DNA from: Xanthomonas campestris pv. campestris str. ATCC 33913
Lineage (GTDB): Bacteria; Pseudomonadota; Gammaproteobacteria; Xanthomonadales; Xanthomonadaceae
Length of the DNA: 32,000 nucleotides
Assembly (NCBI RefSeq): GCF_000007145.1
Contig: NC_003902.1
Location: 3,176,497 to 3,208,496, forward strand
Direction of reading: 5' to 3'
Shown here: one piece after another, positions 9,817 through 17,651 of the stretch
Layout of the letters: each line of letters begins with the position of its first letter
How positions within the stretch are numbered: the stretch's first letter is position 1
The notes under the pieces: model-generated
Told to the model about the DNA's origin: nothing
Database searches by the model: none
Seen by the model: only the letters and a program-made list of their open reading frames with translations
Position numbers and translations under genes: made by a program

Positions 9817-10701
9817 TCAATCGAACCCAACCAGCTTCGCACGCGTCACGTGAGCAGCCAATTGACCGGGCCAATCGCGGTCATTGGCCACCTGGGCCTG
9901 CGCACGGCTGCCCGCGAACGCGTCAAAATCCAGCTCCGCATACGCCCACACCTGCGCGCCCTGGGTCTGCGCCAGCACGCCATCGGCCGGAAAGCCCACA
10001 TCCATCGGCGCGAACACCGCAGCCTCGCCGGTATTGACGTCCAGCGCCGGGCTCCACGGCGCCTCACCGGCGGTGACCGACTGCGCAACGAACACGCGGT
10101 TTTCCAGCGCACGCGCCAGGCAACCCACGCGCACGCGCATCGCACCGGCGGCAGTGTCGGTGCAGCTGGGCACGATCAGCAAACGCGCACCGGCCTCGTA
10201 CTGCGCGCGCACCGGCAACGGGAATTCGCTGTCGTAGCAGATGGCGATCGCCGCACGCACGCCATCCAGCTCGAACACCTTCAGCGCATCGCCTGGGTCG
10301 ATCACGCCGGTGGCCTTTTCGAACCCGGTGAGCTGCAACTTGTCCTGCCAGCCATGCGTGCCGTCGGGGGTGAACCAATCGCTGCGGTTGCGGTAACGGC
10401 CGCTGCCAACCTCCAACAGGAAACTGCCGGCGATCAAATGCACCGCATGCTGTCGGGCCAGCCCGGCGAACAACGCCATCCACTGCGGGCGCAGCGCCTG
10501 GATCGCTGCCAGCGACTCCGGCAAACCGGCCGAAATCTGCGTACCGAACGTGGCGCCCAGCTCCAGCGACAGATATTCCGGCAGCACCAGCACGCGTGCA
10601 CCGGCTGCCGCGGCCTCGCCCACCAACGCTGTCTGGCCTGCAGCGAAGGCAGCGAAATCGGCCGGCTTGCCGATCGGGTATTTGGCAACGGCAATCTTCA
10701 T
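9817..10701 (-). CDS. Carbon-nitrogen hydrolase (nitrilase superfamily amidohydrolase)
   Basis: MKIAVAKYPIG...RVLVLPEY (catalytic Glu context) and AIAICYDSEFP (catalytic Cys context). Start moved to ATG 10701, because the ORF-track start 10830 would overlap the upstream GNAT gene. Confidence 0.85.
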   Translation of the reverse strand: MKIAVAKYPIGKPADFAAFAAGQTALVGEAAAAGARVLVLPEYLSLELGATFGTQISAGLPESLAAIQALRPQWMALFAGLARQHAVHLIAGSFLLEVGSGRYRNRSDWFTPDGTHGWQDKLQLTGFEKATGVIDPGDALKVFELDGVRAAIAICYDSEFPLPVRAQYEAGARLLIVPSCTDTAAGAMRVRVGCLARALENRVFVAQSVTAGEAPWSPALDVNTGEAAVFAPMDVGFPADGVLAQTQGAQVWAYAELDFDAFAGSRAQAQVANDRDWPGQLAAHVTRAKLVGFD

Positions 10702-10760
10702 CGGGTGAGCGTCCTGCGATGCGTACGTGGGGTGGGTGATGCGGAGGTGGCGCAGCAGCC

Positions 10761-11357
10761 TTACGCCTGCAGCGCGCGCGTCCACACCTCCAAACTGTGG
10801 TCGATCTCCCCGTGTTGCAACTCCGCCCACTCCAGCCGCACCTGCATGCCGGGCTGCGGCGCATAGCCGCGCTTGCGCCAGAACGCATCGTTGGGCCGGT
10901 AATCGGCCGGGCGGCGCGTGTCGTGCGGGTCGCGCTGGACCGAGCAGAACGCGGTCAGGGCAAACCGCCCAAGCGCACGCGCGTGCGCTTCACGCTGGTC
11001 GAAAAAGGCGTGCCCGATGCCCTGCCCACGATAGTCCGGCAGCAGCACCGATTCGCCGAAATAGAACACGCTGGCCGCGTCGATGCCTGCCGCGCGGAAC
11101 GGCGCATGGAAGGCCGCGCTATCGTCCAGCAAAGGTAGGCCGGTGGAGGCGCCGATCACCGCATCGCCATCGCGCGCCAGCACGAACACGCTGTCTGGCG
11201 AGGCCGCATAGGCGGCCAGGTAGTCGCGCTCGTAGGCGGGGTCGCCGTCGTAGAGATACGGCCAGGCGCCGAAGACCACACTGCGCAGCCGCGCCAGGTC
11301 GTCCAGAAACGGCGTGATGGCGTTGCCGCGCAGTGCCGTGATGGTAGGAGTAGGCAT
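10761..11357 (-). CDS. GNAT-family N-acetyltransferase
   Basis: 198 aa. The motif LLPDYRGQGIGHAFF is the acetyl-CoA binding Q/RxxGxG/A-like signature. Same strand as the nitrilase-family gene, 59 nt upstream of it. Confidence 0.85.
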   Translation of the reverse strand: MPTPTITALRGNAITPFLDDLARLRSVVFGAWPYLYDGDPAYERDYLAAYAASPDSVFVLARDGDAVIGASTGLPLLDDSAAFHAPFRAAGIDAASVFYFGESVLLPDYRGQGIGHAFFDQREAHARALGRFALTAFCSVQRDPHDTRRPADYRPNDAFWRKRGYAPQPGMQVRLEWAELQHGEIDHSLEVWTRALQA

Positions 11358-11391
11358 GGGTGCATTCTAGCCATGGCTGCAGCGCGTGCGC

Positions 11392-11724
11392 TCAGCCGGC
11401 CGTGCCGGCTCCACGCGCGGCCTGCCACGCCAGCATGCGCCGGCCCAACAGTCCCAGGGGCGCTGCCAGGAGGCACGCGGCGTCCGCTGCCAACTGCAGG
11501 CAAATCGCAGCTTCCACCGCCACTGCCAACGCGAACGCATCCTGCCCGGCGCCGGGCTGCAGCATCAAGGTGCCGAACAACAACACCGGCAAGAGCAGGC
11601 AGACACAGGCGACGCACCCACCGAACACCCGCCAGCTGGCGCTGGCCACCAACGCCAGCGTCAGCACCGCAACCACAAAGATCACTACGGCCGCCCAGAT
11701 CACCGCAGGCGTCCTGTGACGCAT
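11392..11724 (-). CDS. Hypothetical small membrane protein (about 110 aa, 3 hydrophobic segments)
   Basis: I kept only the part of ORF 11392..11910 that starts at ATG 11724: MRHRTPAVIWAAVVIFVVAVLTLALVASASW...CLLLPVLLFGTLML...AVAVEAAICLQLAADAACLLAAPL. GC-rich third positions. No recognisable family. Confidence 0.45.
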   Translation of the reverse strand: MRHRTPAVIWAAVVIFVVAVLTLALVASASWRVFGGCVACVCLLLPVLLFGTLMLQPGAGQDAFALAVAVEAAICLQLAADAACLLAAPLGLLGRRMLAWQAARGAGTAG

Positions 11725-11809
11725 GTGCCGCTGCACTGTAAGCGGGCGACACAGTGCGCTGCCTGCTGCAGCCGCGCGTAACAGACAACTCGCCTGCAAA
11801 CCGCGCCGC

Positions 11810-12220
11810 TCATCGCAGCCAGCTCTGTGTGCAGGCCGCAGCGGCGGGCTGCTGCCACAGCAACCAAACGGCCGCATCTTCCACCGCCAACAGCGCGCCG
11901 AGTAATGCATCGCTACTGCGGGCCCAGTAGCTGCCGTTGCTCAGCCGCTGCCATGGCAGGTACTGGCGCAGTGGCGGCCGTGGCGCAGCGCACTGCAGCT
12001 GCTGTAGTGCGTTGGCGCCATCGCGGCGCACATCCTCGGCGGTGCGGGCGTGCAGCGCCATGCCGATCCATCCGCGCCGCCCCGCTGCAGGCAGCGGCAA
12101 GGCGGACAGCGGTGAGCATTCCCACTGGTGGGGTGGCGCTGCGGATAGCAGCGCCACCGTTTCGATCCCGGCGGGCAGCAACCGCTGCGCCCGCCGGTGT
12201 AGCTGAGAGCGCATCAGCAT
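11810..12220 (-). CDS. Hypothetical protein (136 aa) immediately downstream of creD
   Basis: Start taken at ATG 12220 (MLMRSQLHRR...), 8 nt after the creD stop (12228-12230). Genome-typical codon usage. The C-terminal stretch SYWARSSDALLGALLAVEDAAVWLLW loosely recalls the barstar YYGENLDALWDCL...LVLEW motif. That is a weak, by-eye resemblance only. Confidence 0.5.
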   Translation of the reverse strand: MLMRSQLHRRAQRLLPAGIETVALLSAAPPHQWECSPLSALPLPAAGRRGWIGMALHARTAEDVRRDGANALQQLQCAAPRPPLRQYLPWQRLSNGSYWARSSDALLGALLAVEDAAVWLLWQQPAAAACTQSWLR

Positions 12221-12227
12221 GCCGACC

Positions 12228-13547
12228 TCAGCGCAGGCTGTTGCCAAGCTCGTACCAATCGAGCTTGCGGGTTACCCACATGATGCAGGCCAGGATGCCG
12301 AACAGCAGCAACGATCCCATCAGCAACGCGTTGTCTTCGGAGATCAGAAGGCTGTAAAGCACCCCGTACAGCGCGGTGAGCATCACCGAAAACCCGCCGG
12401 CCCGCGCCCAGCTGCGCAACACACCAGACAGGTACACGCACTGCAGCCCGATACACGCCACCGCCGAGACCAGGTACGCCTGCCAGAAGGCGATGCGCTC
12501 GGACAGGCTGAGCAGCAGCAGGAAGAAAATCGCCAGCGCCAGGCCCACCAGCAGGTATTGCACCGGGTGGATCGGCAACCGCTTGATCAGCTCGAACAAC
12601 ACAAACGCCACGAAGGTCAGCACCACGAACAGGATGCCGTACTTGCTGGCGCGATCGGCCTGGGTATACACGTCCACCGGGTCGACCAGCCGCACTTCCA
12701 GCATGTCCAGCGCGCTCGCATCCGACTGCAGCTGCGTCTGTGCGCCGGTGGCCAGCGCCGACAACGACCAGGTGGCATCGAAGCCCTTCGGCCCGATGCT
12801 CGGCGCATTCGGCAGGAACTGCCCGCCGAAGGACGGGTGCTGCCAGCCCGAGCGCAGCGCGATGTCGTTGGTGTCGCCGATCGGCGCGATCGCCAGCCGG
12901 CGCGTGCCATCCAGCACGAACTGCATGTCCACCACATTGCCGTCCTGCAGCGTCCCGGCAGTTGCATCGCTCACCGGCTTGAGCGCGGCATGGATGCCCG
13001 AGGTCCGCCCGGCCAGCGTGCCTGCACCGCCTTCCAGCGTCAGCGCCCGGCCATCCACGCGCAGGCTGGGCGTACCCACCAGCCCACGCACATCGGAAAT
13101 GCCCACCGTCAGATACGGTTGGCCATACACGCGGGTAGGCGCGGCGGCGTACTCGAACGGGTCGTATTCGGCGTGCAGCGTTGCCTTCCACGAATACACC
13201 TGCACGCGGTAGATCCCCACCTCGCGCACCGAAGGCACCATCTCGCCGCTGATCTTGAGCGTGCGCGGCGTCTGCAGCAGCGCCCCCTCCTGCGCGCGCC
13301 ACACCTTGCGCTGGTTGCCCTGCTCGTCCGGCTCGTTCACCTGCACCTGCTCGGTGTAGGGCAGCACACGCACCGGCGCGATGAATTGCTGCTCGCCGGC
13401 CTTGCTTTTGGACACCCGCTCCACCGCCTCGTCGCGGTAGCGCGCGCGGTCCTGCACCGCGCCGCGGATCAACAACAACGGGATCAGCAACAGCAGGATC
13501 AACCCACCAACGGTGGCGAAGCGCAACAGCAGTTTCAGGGATTTCAT
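12228..13547 (-). CDS. creD: Inner-membrane protein CreD (cell envelope integrity protein)
   Basis: 439 aa. MKSLKLLLRFATVGGLILLLLIPLLLIRGAVQDRARYRDEA parallels E. coli CreD LLLLIPIMLIRQVIVERADYRSD. WQHPSFGGQFLP vs NWPHPSFLGDFLP, DRASKYGILFVVLTF vs DRATKYAILLIALTF, and IHPVQYLLVGL vs LHPMQYLLVGL also match. Confidence 0.9.
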   Translation of the reverse strand: MKSLKLLLRFATVGGLILLLLIPLLLIRGAVQDRARYRDEAVERVSKSKAGEQQFIAPVRVLPYTEQVQVNEPDEQGNQRKVWRAQEGALLQTPRTLKISGEMVPSVREVGIYRVQVYSWKATLHAEYDPFEYAAAPTRVYGQPYLTVGISDVRGLVGTPSLRVDGRALTLEGGAGTLAGRTSGIHAALKPVSDATAGTLQDGNVVDMQFVLDGTRRLAIAPIGDTNDIALRSGWQHPSFGGQFLPNAPSIGPKGFDATWSLSALATGAQTQLQSDASALDMLEVRLVDPVDVYTQADRASKYGILFVVLTFVAFVLFELIKRLPIHPVQYLLVGLALAIFFLLLLSLSERIAFWQAYLVSAVACIGLQCVYLSGVLRSWARAGGFSVMLTALYGVLYSLLISEDNALLMGSLLLFGILACIMWVTRKLDWYELGNSLR

Positions 13548-13601
13548 CGACCATCCTCAGTCTGGGAGGTGGTCAGGGTGAGCGCCCTCGGTGTCCAGGG
13601 T

Positions 13602-13628
13602 TTGAGGCGAATTTGAAGCGAAGGTGAA
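13602..13628 (-). promoter_or_regulatory. Candidate CreB binding site (cre tag) upstream of creD
   Basis: The minus strand reads TTCAC-CTTCGC-TTCAA-ATTCGC-CTCAA, 55-81 nt upstream of the creD ATG. The first two half-sites match the E. coli cre tag TTCACnnnnnnTTCAC at 9/10 positions with the exact 6-nt spacing. Confidence 0.5.
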
Positions 13629-13983
13629 GTGGGTGGCCCGCACGGCCAACGAGTGCCACTGTGACGTGCTGTGGAAATACAGGGTTCACTCTGGAAAAGT
13701 GCAACGCAGGCCCAGCAAGAGCTTCTGTTTCATCGACGGCACTTCGCATCACTGCCACGCACTTCGGCGCCAAGCGCAACGATGCGCAGGCAGTTGCGTA
13801 CGACAGGACCATCGTTTCGTTTTCGGTCATGTTTTGAACACGGCTTTCCGCTCCGTCGTTCTTCGCCGTCTTTCTTCCATCTTCCGCGCGCCGTCGTGGC
13901 GCCGTTCTACACGCCTGCCCGCTTGGCCGACCGTGGGTCAACCGTGCGCCCGACTGCATCCCTCTTGCCTGGAGTCTGCCTTC

Positions 13984-14796
13984 ATGAACACGCAACGTTC
14001 GCTGACGCTCTGCCTGCTCGCTGCCCTGAGCCTGTCCTCCGCTGCCGCACAGGCGGCAATGCATGGAATGGGTTTGAAACCGTCGGCGTTGATGCAGCCG
14101 GTGACCCCGCTGTTCGGCACCGCAAGTGCCGCCAAACCGCTCCCCGCCACAGTGGACCTGACCGCCTGGGCGATCACGCCAGGCGACCAGGGTCAGGTGG
14201 GGTCCTGTGCCTCGTGGGCAACCGCCCACACCCTCACCGGCTGGTATGCCAATGCCGCCAAACAGGCGCAGACCCGCTTTGCGCCGATGTATCTCTATAG
14301 CCAGGTCAACGGTGGCGTCGATGGCGGCTCCACCCTGGAAGCCCCACTGGACGTGGCTTTGGCCCAGGGCATCGACACCGCGCAGCATTATTCATGGGGC
14401 GATTACAACTGGAAGAACCCGCCCACCGCTGCCGACCGCGCCAACGCCGCCAAGCACCCCACGCCGTACCGCAAGTACACCGTGCTGTATGCCGGCGACG
14501 GGAATGGCGGGCGGGCATTGGTCGAACAGATCAAGCTTGCGCTGGCCGCGTCCACGCCGGTGGCCATCGGCTTCTATGTCCGGCAAGGCTTCGAAGACCT
14601 CACCCCATCGAATCAGGTCGACTACGACATCAAGACGCCGATTCTGGGCGGCCACGCGGTGATCGCACTGGGGTACGACAGCGAAGGCTTGATCGTTGAA
14701 AACAGCTAGGGAACCGAGTGGGGCAACAAGGGCTTTGGCAAGCTGTCCTGGTCGGTCGTGGCAAAGGACGTGATCGGCGCTGACGTAGTGCACTGA
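13984..14796 (+). pseudogene. Secreted papain-like (C1 family) cysteine protease interrupted by an in-frame TAG at 14707-14709
   Basis: ATG 13984 gives MNTQRSLTLCLLAALSLSSAAAQA (signal peptide). Catalytic contexts are QGQVGSCASWA (Cys), GGHAVIALGY (His) and IVENS (Asn). The frame reads ENS-TAG-GTEWGNKGFGKLSWSVVAKDVIGADVVH-TGA (stop 14794-14796). The TAG sits where the family has the conserved Trp of the NSWG motif, so TGG to TAG is a single transition. Confidence 0.8.
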
Positions 14797-14832
14797 CCAC
14801 GACGATTGCGCGCGATAAGGCGTCGCTGACAC

Positions 14833-14866
14833 GGATGCGGCATGTGCTCCGGCACCTGCCGCATCC
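14833..14866. terminator. Hairpin between the convergent protease gene and creC (terminator-like, no U tract)
   Basis: GGATGCGGCA (14833-14842) pairs perfectly with TGCCGCATCC (14857-14866). An inner GTGC/GCAC stem surrounds a TCCG loop. It lies between the two stop codons at 14796 and 14924. Confidence 0.4.
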
Positions 14867-14923
14867 ACGCGGCAGCCAGCCGCCGCAAGTTGCCAGCAGG
14901 TCGCACCTGGCCTGCAGCGGGAT

Positions 14924-16372
14924 TTACGCGATGGGCAATCGCAAGGTGGCGATCGCACCGCCGCCGTCGCGATTGCGCAGGCGCACGTCGCCGCCGTGCA
15001 GGCGGGCCACCTCACGCACGAACGGCAAGCCCAGGCCGGAACTGCGTTGCCCGGTCTGCGGGCGCGCCAGCGAATAGAACCGCTCGAACACGCGTTCGAT
15101 CGCGTAATCGGGCACGCCACTGCCGCGGTCTTCGACCAACAGCTGCACCTGCCCGTCCTCCAGCTGCGTGCGCAGCTGCACGGTGCCGCCGTCCGGCGAG
15201 AAGGCGATGGCGTTTTCCAGCAGGTTGATCACGGCCTGCCGCAGCAGGAAGGCATCGCCGAGCACGGCCTGGTCGCTGGCGGCCATGCTTGCCGCATCGA
15301 GCTCCACCAGCACGCCGGCGCCAGCGGCGCGCAGCAATACCGCGTCCACCGCAGCCTGCAACACGCCAGGCACGGCCACACGCACACGGGTCTGCAGCCA
15401 GCCGTGTTGTTCAACCTCGGCCAGGGCGAGCAGCTTGTCGATGGTTTCGGTCAGGCGCTGCTCCTGGGCGCGGATGCTGGCCACAAAATGCTGGCGGTCG
15501 CACTCCGGCAATGGCTCGGTCAACAGCTCCGAGGCGCCACGAATGGCCGCCAGCGGGCTTTTCATCTCGTGCGTCAGCGATTGCACGTAGTGCTCGACGT
15601 AGGCCTTGCCCTCCAGCTTGCGGCGCATGGTTTCCAGCGCCTGGCCCAGGTCGCCGATTTCATCGCCGCGCGGCTTGGGCGGCGGCACCGGGATGCCCGC
15701 GCTCACCGCCTGCGCATAGCGATTCAACCGGCCGATGCCGCGCATCAGCCACCAGGTCATGCCGATGCCGATCAATGCGGAAATGCCGATCAACCAGGCG
15801 CCACGTTGCAGGATGTTGCGCTGGCTGGCTTCGATGAAGGGGTCGATGCTGCGATTGGGCTGCGCCAGCGTGAGCACGCCGATCAGTGTGCCCGGTGCGT
15901 CAGGCGCATAGATCGGTGCGGCCACATGCATCACCGTGGCGCCGGGGGTGCCATCCAGCTCCGGACTGGAGCGCGCGCCGTATTCGCCGCGCAAGGTGCG
16001 GTAGACATCGTTCCAGCGCGAGTTGTCGCGGCCGACGTCGCGGCCCAGCGAATCGAACACCACCACACCACGCGCATCGGTCACGGTGACGCGGTAATCC
16101 ACGTTGTTCTTGCGGAAGCGCCACACCCAGGCCTTGGGGTCGCGCTGCTGGGCCTGTGCCAGGTGGCGCGCAAAGCGGCCGGTGGCGATCTGCCCGGCCG
16201 CAAGCTCGGGGCTGGCCATCTCGGCCAGCACGTTGGCCGCGTCCACCAACGTGGATTCCATCGCCTGGCGCACGCCCGGCTTGACCTCGTTGACGAACAC
16301 CCGCATCACGAAGAAGGCGGCCAGCCCGACGATCAGAAAAAACCCGAGAAACAGCTTGAGGCCGAGCCGCAT
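14924..16372 (-). CDS. creC: Sensor histidine kinase CreC
   Basis: 482 aa. MRLGLKLFLGFFLIVGLAAFFVMRVFVNEVKPGVRQAMESTLVDAANVLAEMA parallels E. coli CreC MRIGMRLLLGYFLLVAVAAWFVLAIFVKEVKPGVRRATEGTLIDTA. H box LTHEMKSPLAAIRGA. Kinase boxes DRGSGVP and SGLGLPFV. Confidence 0.88.
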   Translation of the reverse strand: MRLGLKLFLGFFLIVGLAAFFVMRVFVNEVKPGVRQAMESTLVDAANVLAEMASPELAAGQIATGRFARHLAQAQQRDPKAWVWRFRKNNVDYRVTVTDARGVVVFDSLGRDVGRDNSRWNDVYRTLRGEYGARSSPELDGTPGATVMHVAAPIYAPDAPGTLIGVLTLAQPNRSIDPFIEASQRNILQRGAWLIGISALIGIGMTWWLMRGIGRLNRYAQAVSAGIPVPPPKPRGDEIGDLGQALETMRRKLEGKAYVEHYVQSLTHEMKSPLAAIRGASELLTEPLPECDRQHFVASIRAQEQRLTETIDKLLALAEVEQHGWLQTRVRVAVPGVLQAAVDAVLLRAAGAGVLVELDAASMAASDQAVLGDAFLLRQAVINLLENAIAFSPDGGTVQLRTQLEDGQVQLLVEDRGSGVPDYAIERVFERFYSLARPQTGQRSSGLGLPFVREVARLHGGDVRLRNRDGGGAIATLRLPIA

Positions 16373-16373
16373 G

Positions 16374-16727
16374 TCAGCACCGAATCCCGTTGGCCGCGCA
16401 CGCAGGTGTGTGGTCGTTGGTCGACCACCGCGTGGTCAAGTAGCCGTCAGCAGCCGGCGCATTTGGCATGGATGCGGCCAGCGCCGTTTGCGTCTGTGCC
16501 AGGAGCGACGAACGCAAGGTGGGCGTGCATAGGGATCGCGCAATTGCGGCACTGCGGGGGCACGCAACGTCGATCTCCTCCGCACGCGCCTGATGATGGC
16601 CGACGCAAGCCAGCGCGAACACATCGCGCCCACCCGCCAGGCCGTCCACTTCAGTCAGCCCACGCCGACCATGCAAACCGGCACGCTCGACCACCCCAAC
16701 CGCCGGCGGCTGAAACACGGCATCCAT
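16374..16727 (-). CDS. Candidate small ORF (117 aa) filling the creB-creC gap; no recognisable family
   Basis: ATG 16727 lies 2 nt after the creB stop (16730-16732), with GGAGG (16739-16735) 7 nt upstream. Its TGA (16376-16374) lies 1 nt before the creC ATG (16372). Product: MDAVFQPPAVGVVERAGLHGRRGLTEVDGLAGGRDVFALACVGHHQARAEEIDVACPRSAAIARSLCTPT...HTPACAANGIRC. About 72 percent of third positions are G/C by my count, apparently lower than in neighbouring genes, so coding status is uncertain. Confidence 0.3.
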   Translation of the reverse strand: MDAVFQPPAVGVVERAGLHGRRGLTEVDGLAGGRDVFALACVGHHQARAEEIDVACPRSAAIARSLCTPTLRSSLLAQTQTALAASMPNAPAADGYLTTRWSTNDHTPACAANGIRC

Positions 16728-16729
16728 CC

Positions 16730-17425
16730 TCAGACCTCCAGCGCGTAGCCAAGGCCACGGTGGGTGCGGATCGGGTCGGCCGGCACGCCGGCCTGGCGCA
16801 GCTTGGCGCGCAGCGTCTTGATATGGGTATCCACGGTGCGGTCGGCGCTGTCGGCACTGGCATCCCAGCCGCGGTCCATCAGCTGGCTGCGGCTGAGGAT
16901 GGCGCCGGGCCGCTGCAGCAGCGCGGCCAGCAGCGCATATTCGTAGCGCGTCAGCGGCAACAGCGTCTCGCCGTAGCGGATGCGGCTGCCGTCGCGATCG
17001 ATCGCGAACGCGCCGTGCGGCTGCCAGCCCGGTTCGGCCTGGGCCACGGCCACGCTGCGCCGGCGCAGCCGTGCGCGCACCCGCGCCACCAGCTCGCGTG
17101 GCGAAAACGGCTTGGCCATGTAGTCGTCGGCACCGAGTTCCAGGCCCAGCACGCGGTCGATCTCGTCGTTGCGTGCGGTCAGGAAGATCACCGGTACCTC
17201 GCTGAAACCGCGCAGCGTGCGGCAGACCTCGAAGCCATTGATATCCGGCAGGCCCACGTCCAGCACCACCAGGTCGGCGGGATCGTTGCGCAGCCGCTCC
17301 AGCGCCTCGCGCCCCAGCAGGCAGTGCTCGGGCACGTAGCCCTCGCTGCGCAGGGCGTACAGCACGGTGTCGGCAATGGCGGTTTCGTCCTCGACGACAA
17401 GGACACGGGCGGGGGTCTCGGACAT
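16730..17425 (-). CDS. creB: OmpR-family response regulator CreB
   Basis: Start chosen at ATG 17425 (MSETPARVLVVEDETAIADTV...), not the ORF-track 17635. Receiver motifs DLVVLDVGLPDINGF and VIFLTARNDEIDRV. Winged-helix tail RTVDTHIKTLRAKL...IRTHRGLGYALEV. Named from its linkage to creC and creD. Confidence 0.88.
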   Translation of the reverse strand: MSETPARVLVVEDETAIADTVLYALRSEGYVPEHCLLGREALERLRNDPADLVVLDVGLPDINGFEVCRTLRGFSEVPVIFLTARNDEIDRVLGLELGADDYMAKPFSPRELVARVRARLRRRSVAVAQAEPGWQPHGAFAIDRDGSRIRYGETLLPLTRYEYALLAALLQRPGAILSRSQLMDRGWDASADSADRTVDTHIKTLRAKLRQAGVPADPIRTHRGLGYALEV

Positions 17426-17651
17426 GGCGCGCAGCATAGCCGCATGCCGGCGCGGCCAATAGCACGCGGGCAACCGTGCACGGCCGCCGCGGGCCATCAT
17501 CGACCACACCACGCTGGCTGCACCTTGCGGCGCCGGCGCGTCGCAGACGCGCGCAGCCCGGTGCCCGGCCGCCTTGCTGCGCCCCACCCGGCGTAAACCG
17601 CCACCGCACCTGGCACAGCGCAAACCACCGCGCACCCTCTACACTGCCGCG

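Noticed and set aside
9817-11357. ORF-track start 10830 for the nitrilase-family gene (337 aa) and other overlapping frames (9850..10866 plus, 10064..10888 minus)
   Set aside because: The longer start overlaps the GNAT gene 3' end and adds non-homologous Arg/Gly-rich residues. ATG 10701 (MKIAVAKYPIG) gives a family-typical N-terminus. The other frames are shadows.
12214-13616. Alternative long ORFs over creD (12214..13554 minus, 12219..13616 plus)
   Set aside because: Only the 12228..13547 frame gives the CreD-like membrane protein. The other two are Arg/Ala/Gly-rich off-frame products.
13624-13983. N-terminal 120-codon extension of the protease ORF (ORF-track start 13624)
   Set aside because: The extension lacks protease-like sequence and would bury the obvious signal peptide that begins at ATG 13984 (MNTQRSLTLCLLAALSLSSAAAQA). 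It would also run over the creD promoter and cre-tag region.
14996-17596. 866-aa plus-strand ORF, and the 581-aa minus-strand ORF 16374..18119
   Set aside because: The first is antisense to creC and creB. The second is an out-of-frame read through creB and the rlmJ antisense strand. Only its last 117 codons (16727-16374), which lie in the creB-creC gap, were kept as a low-confidence candidate.
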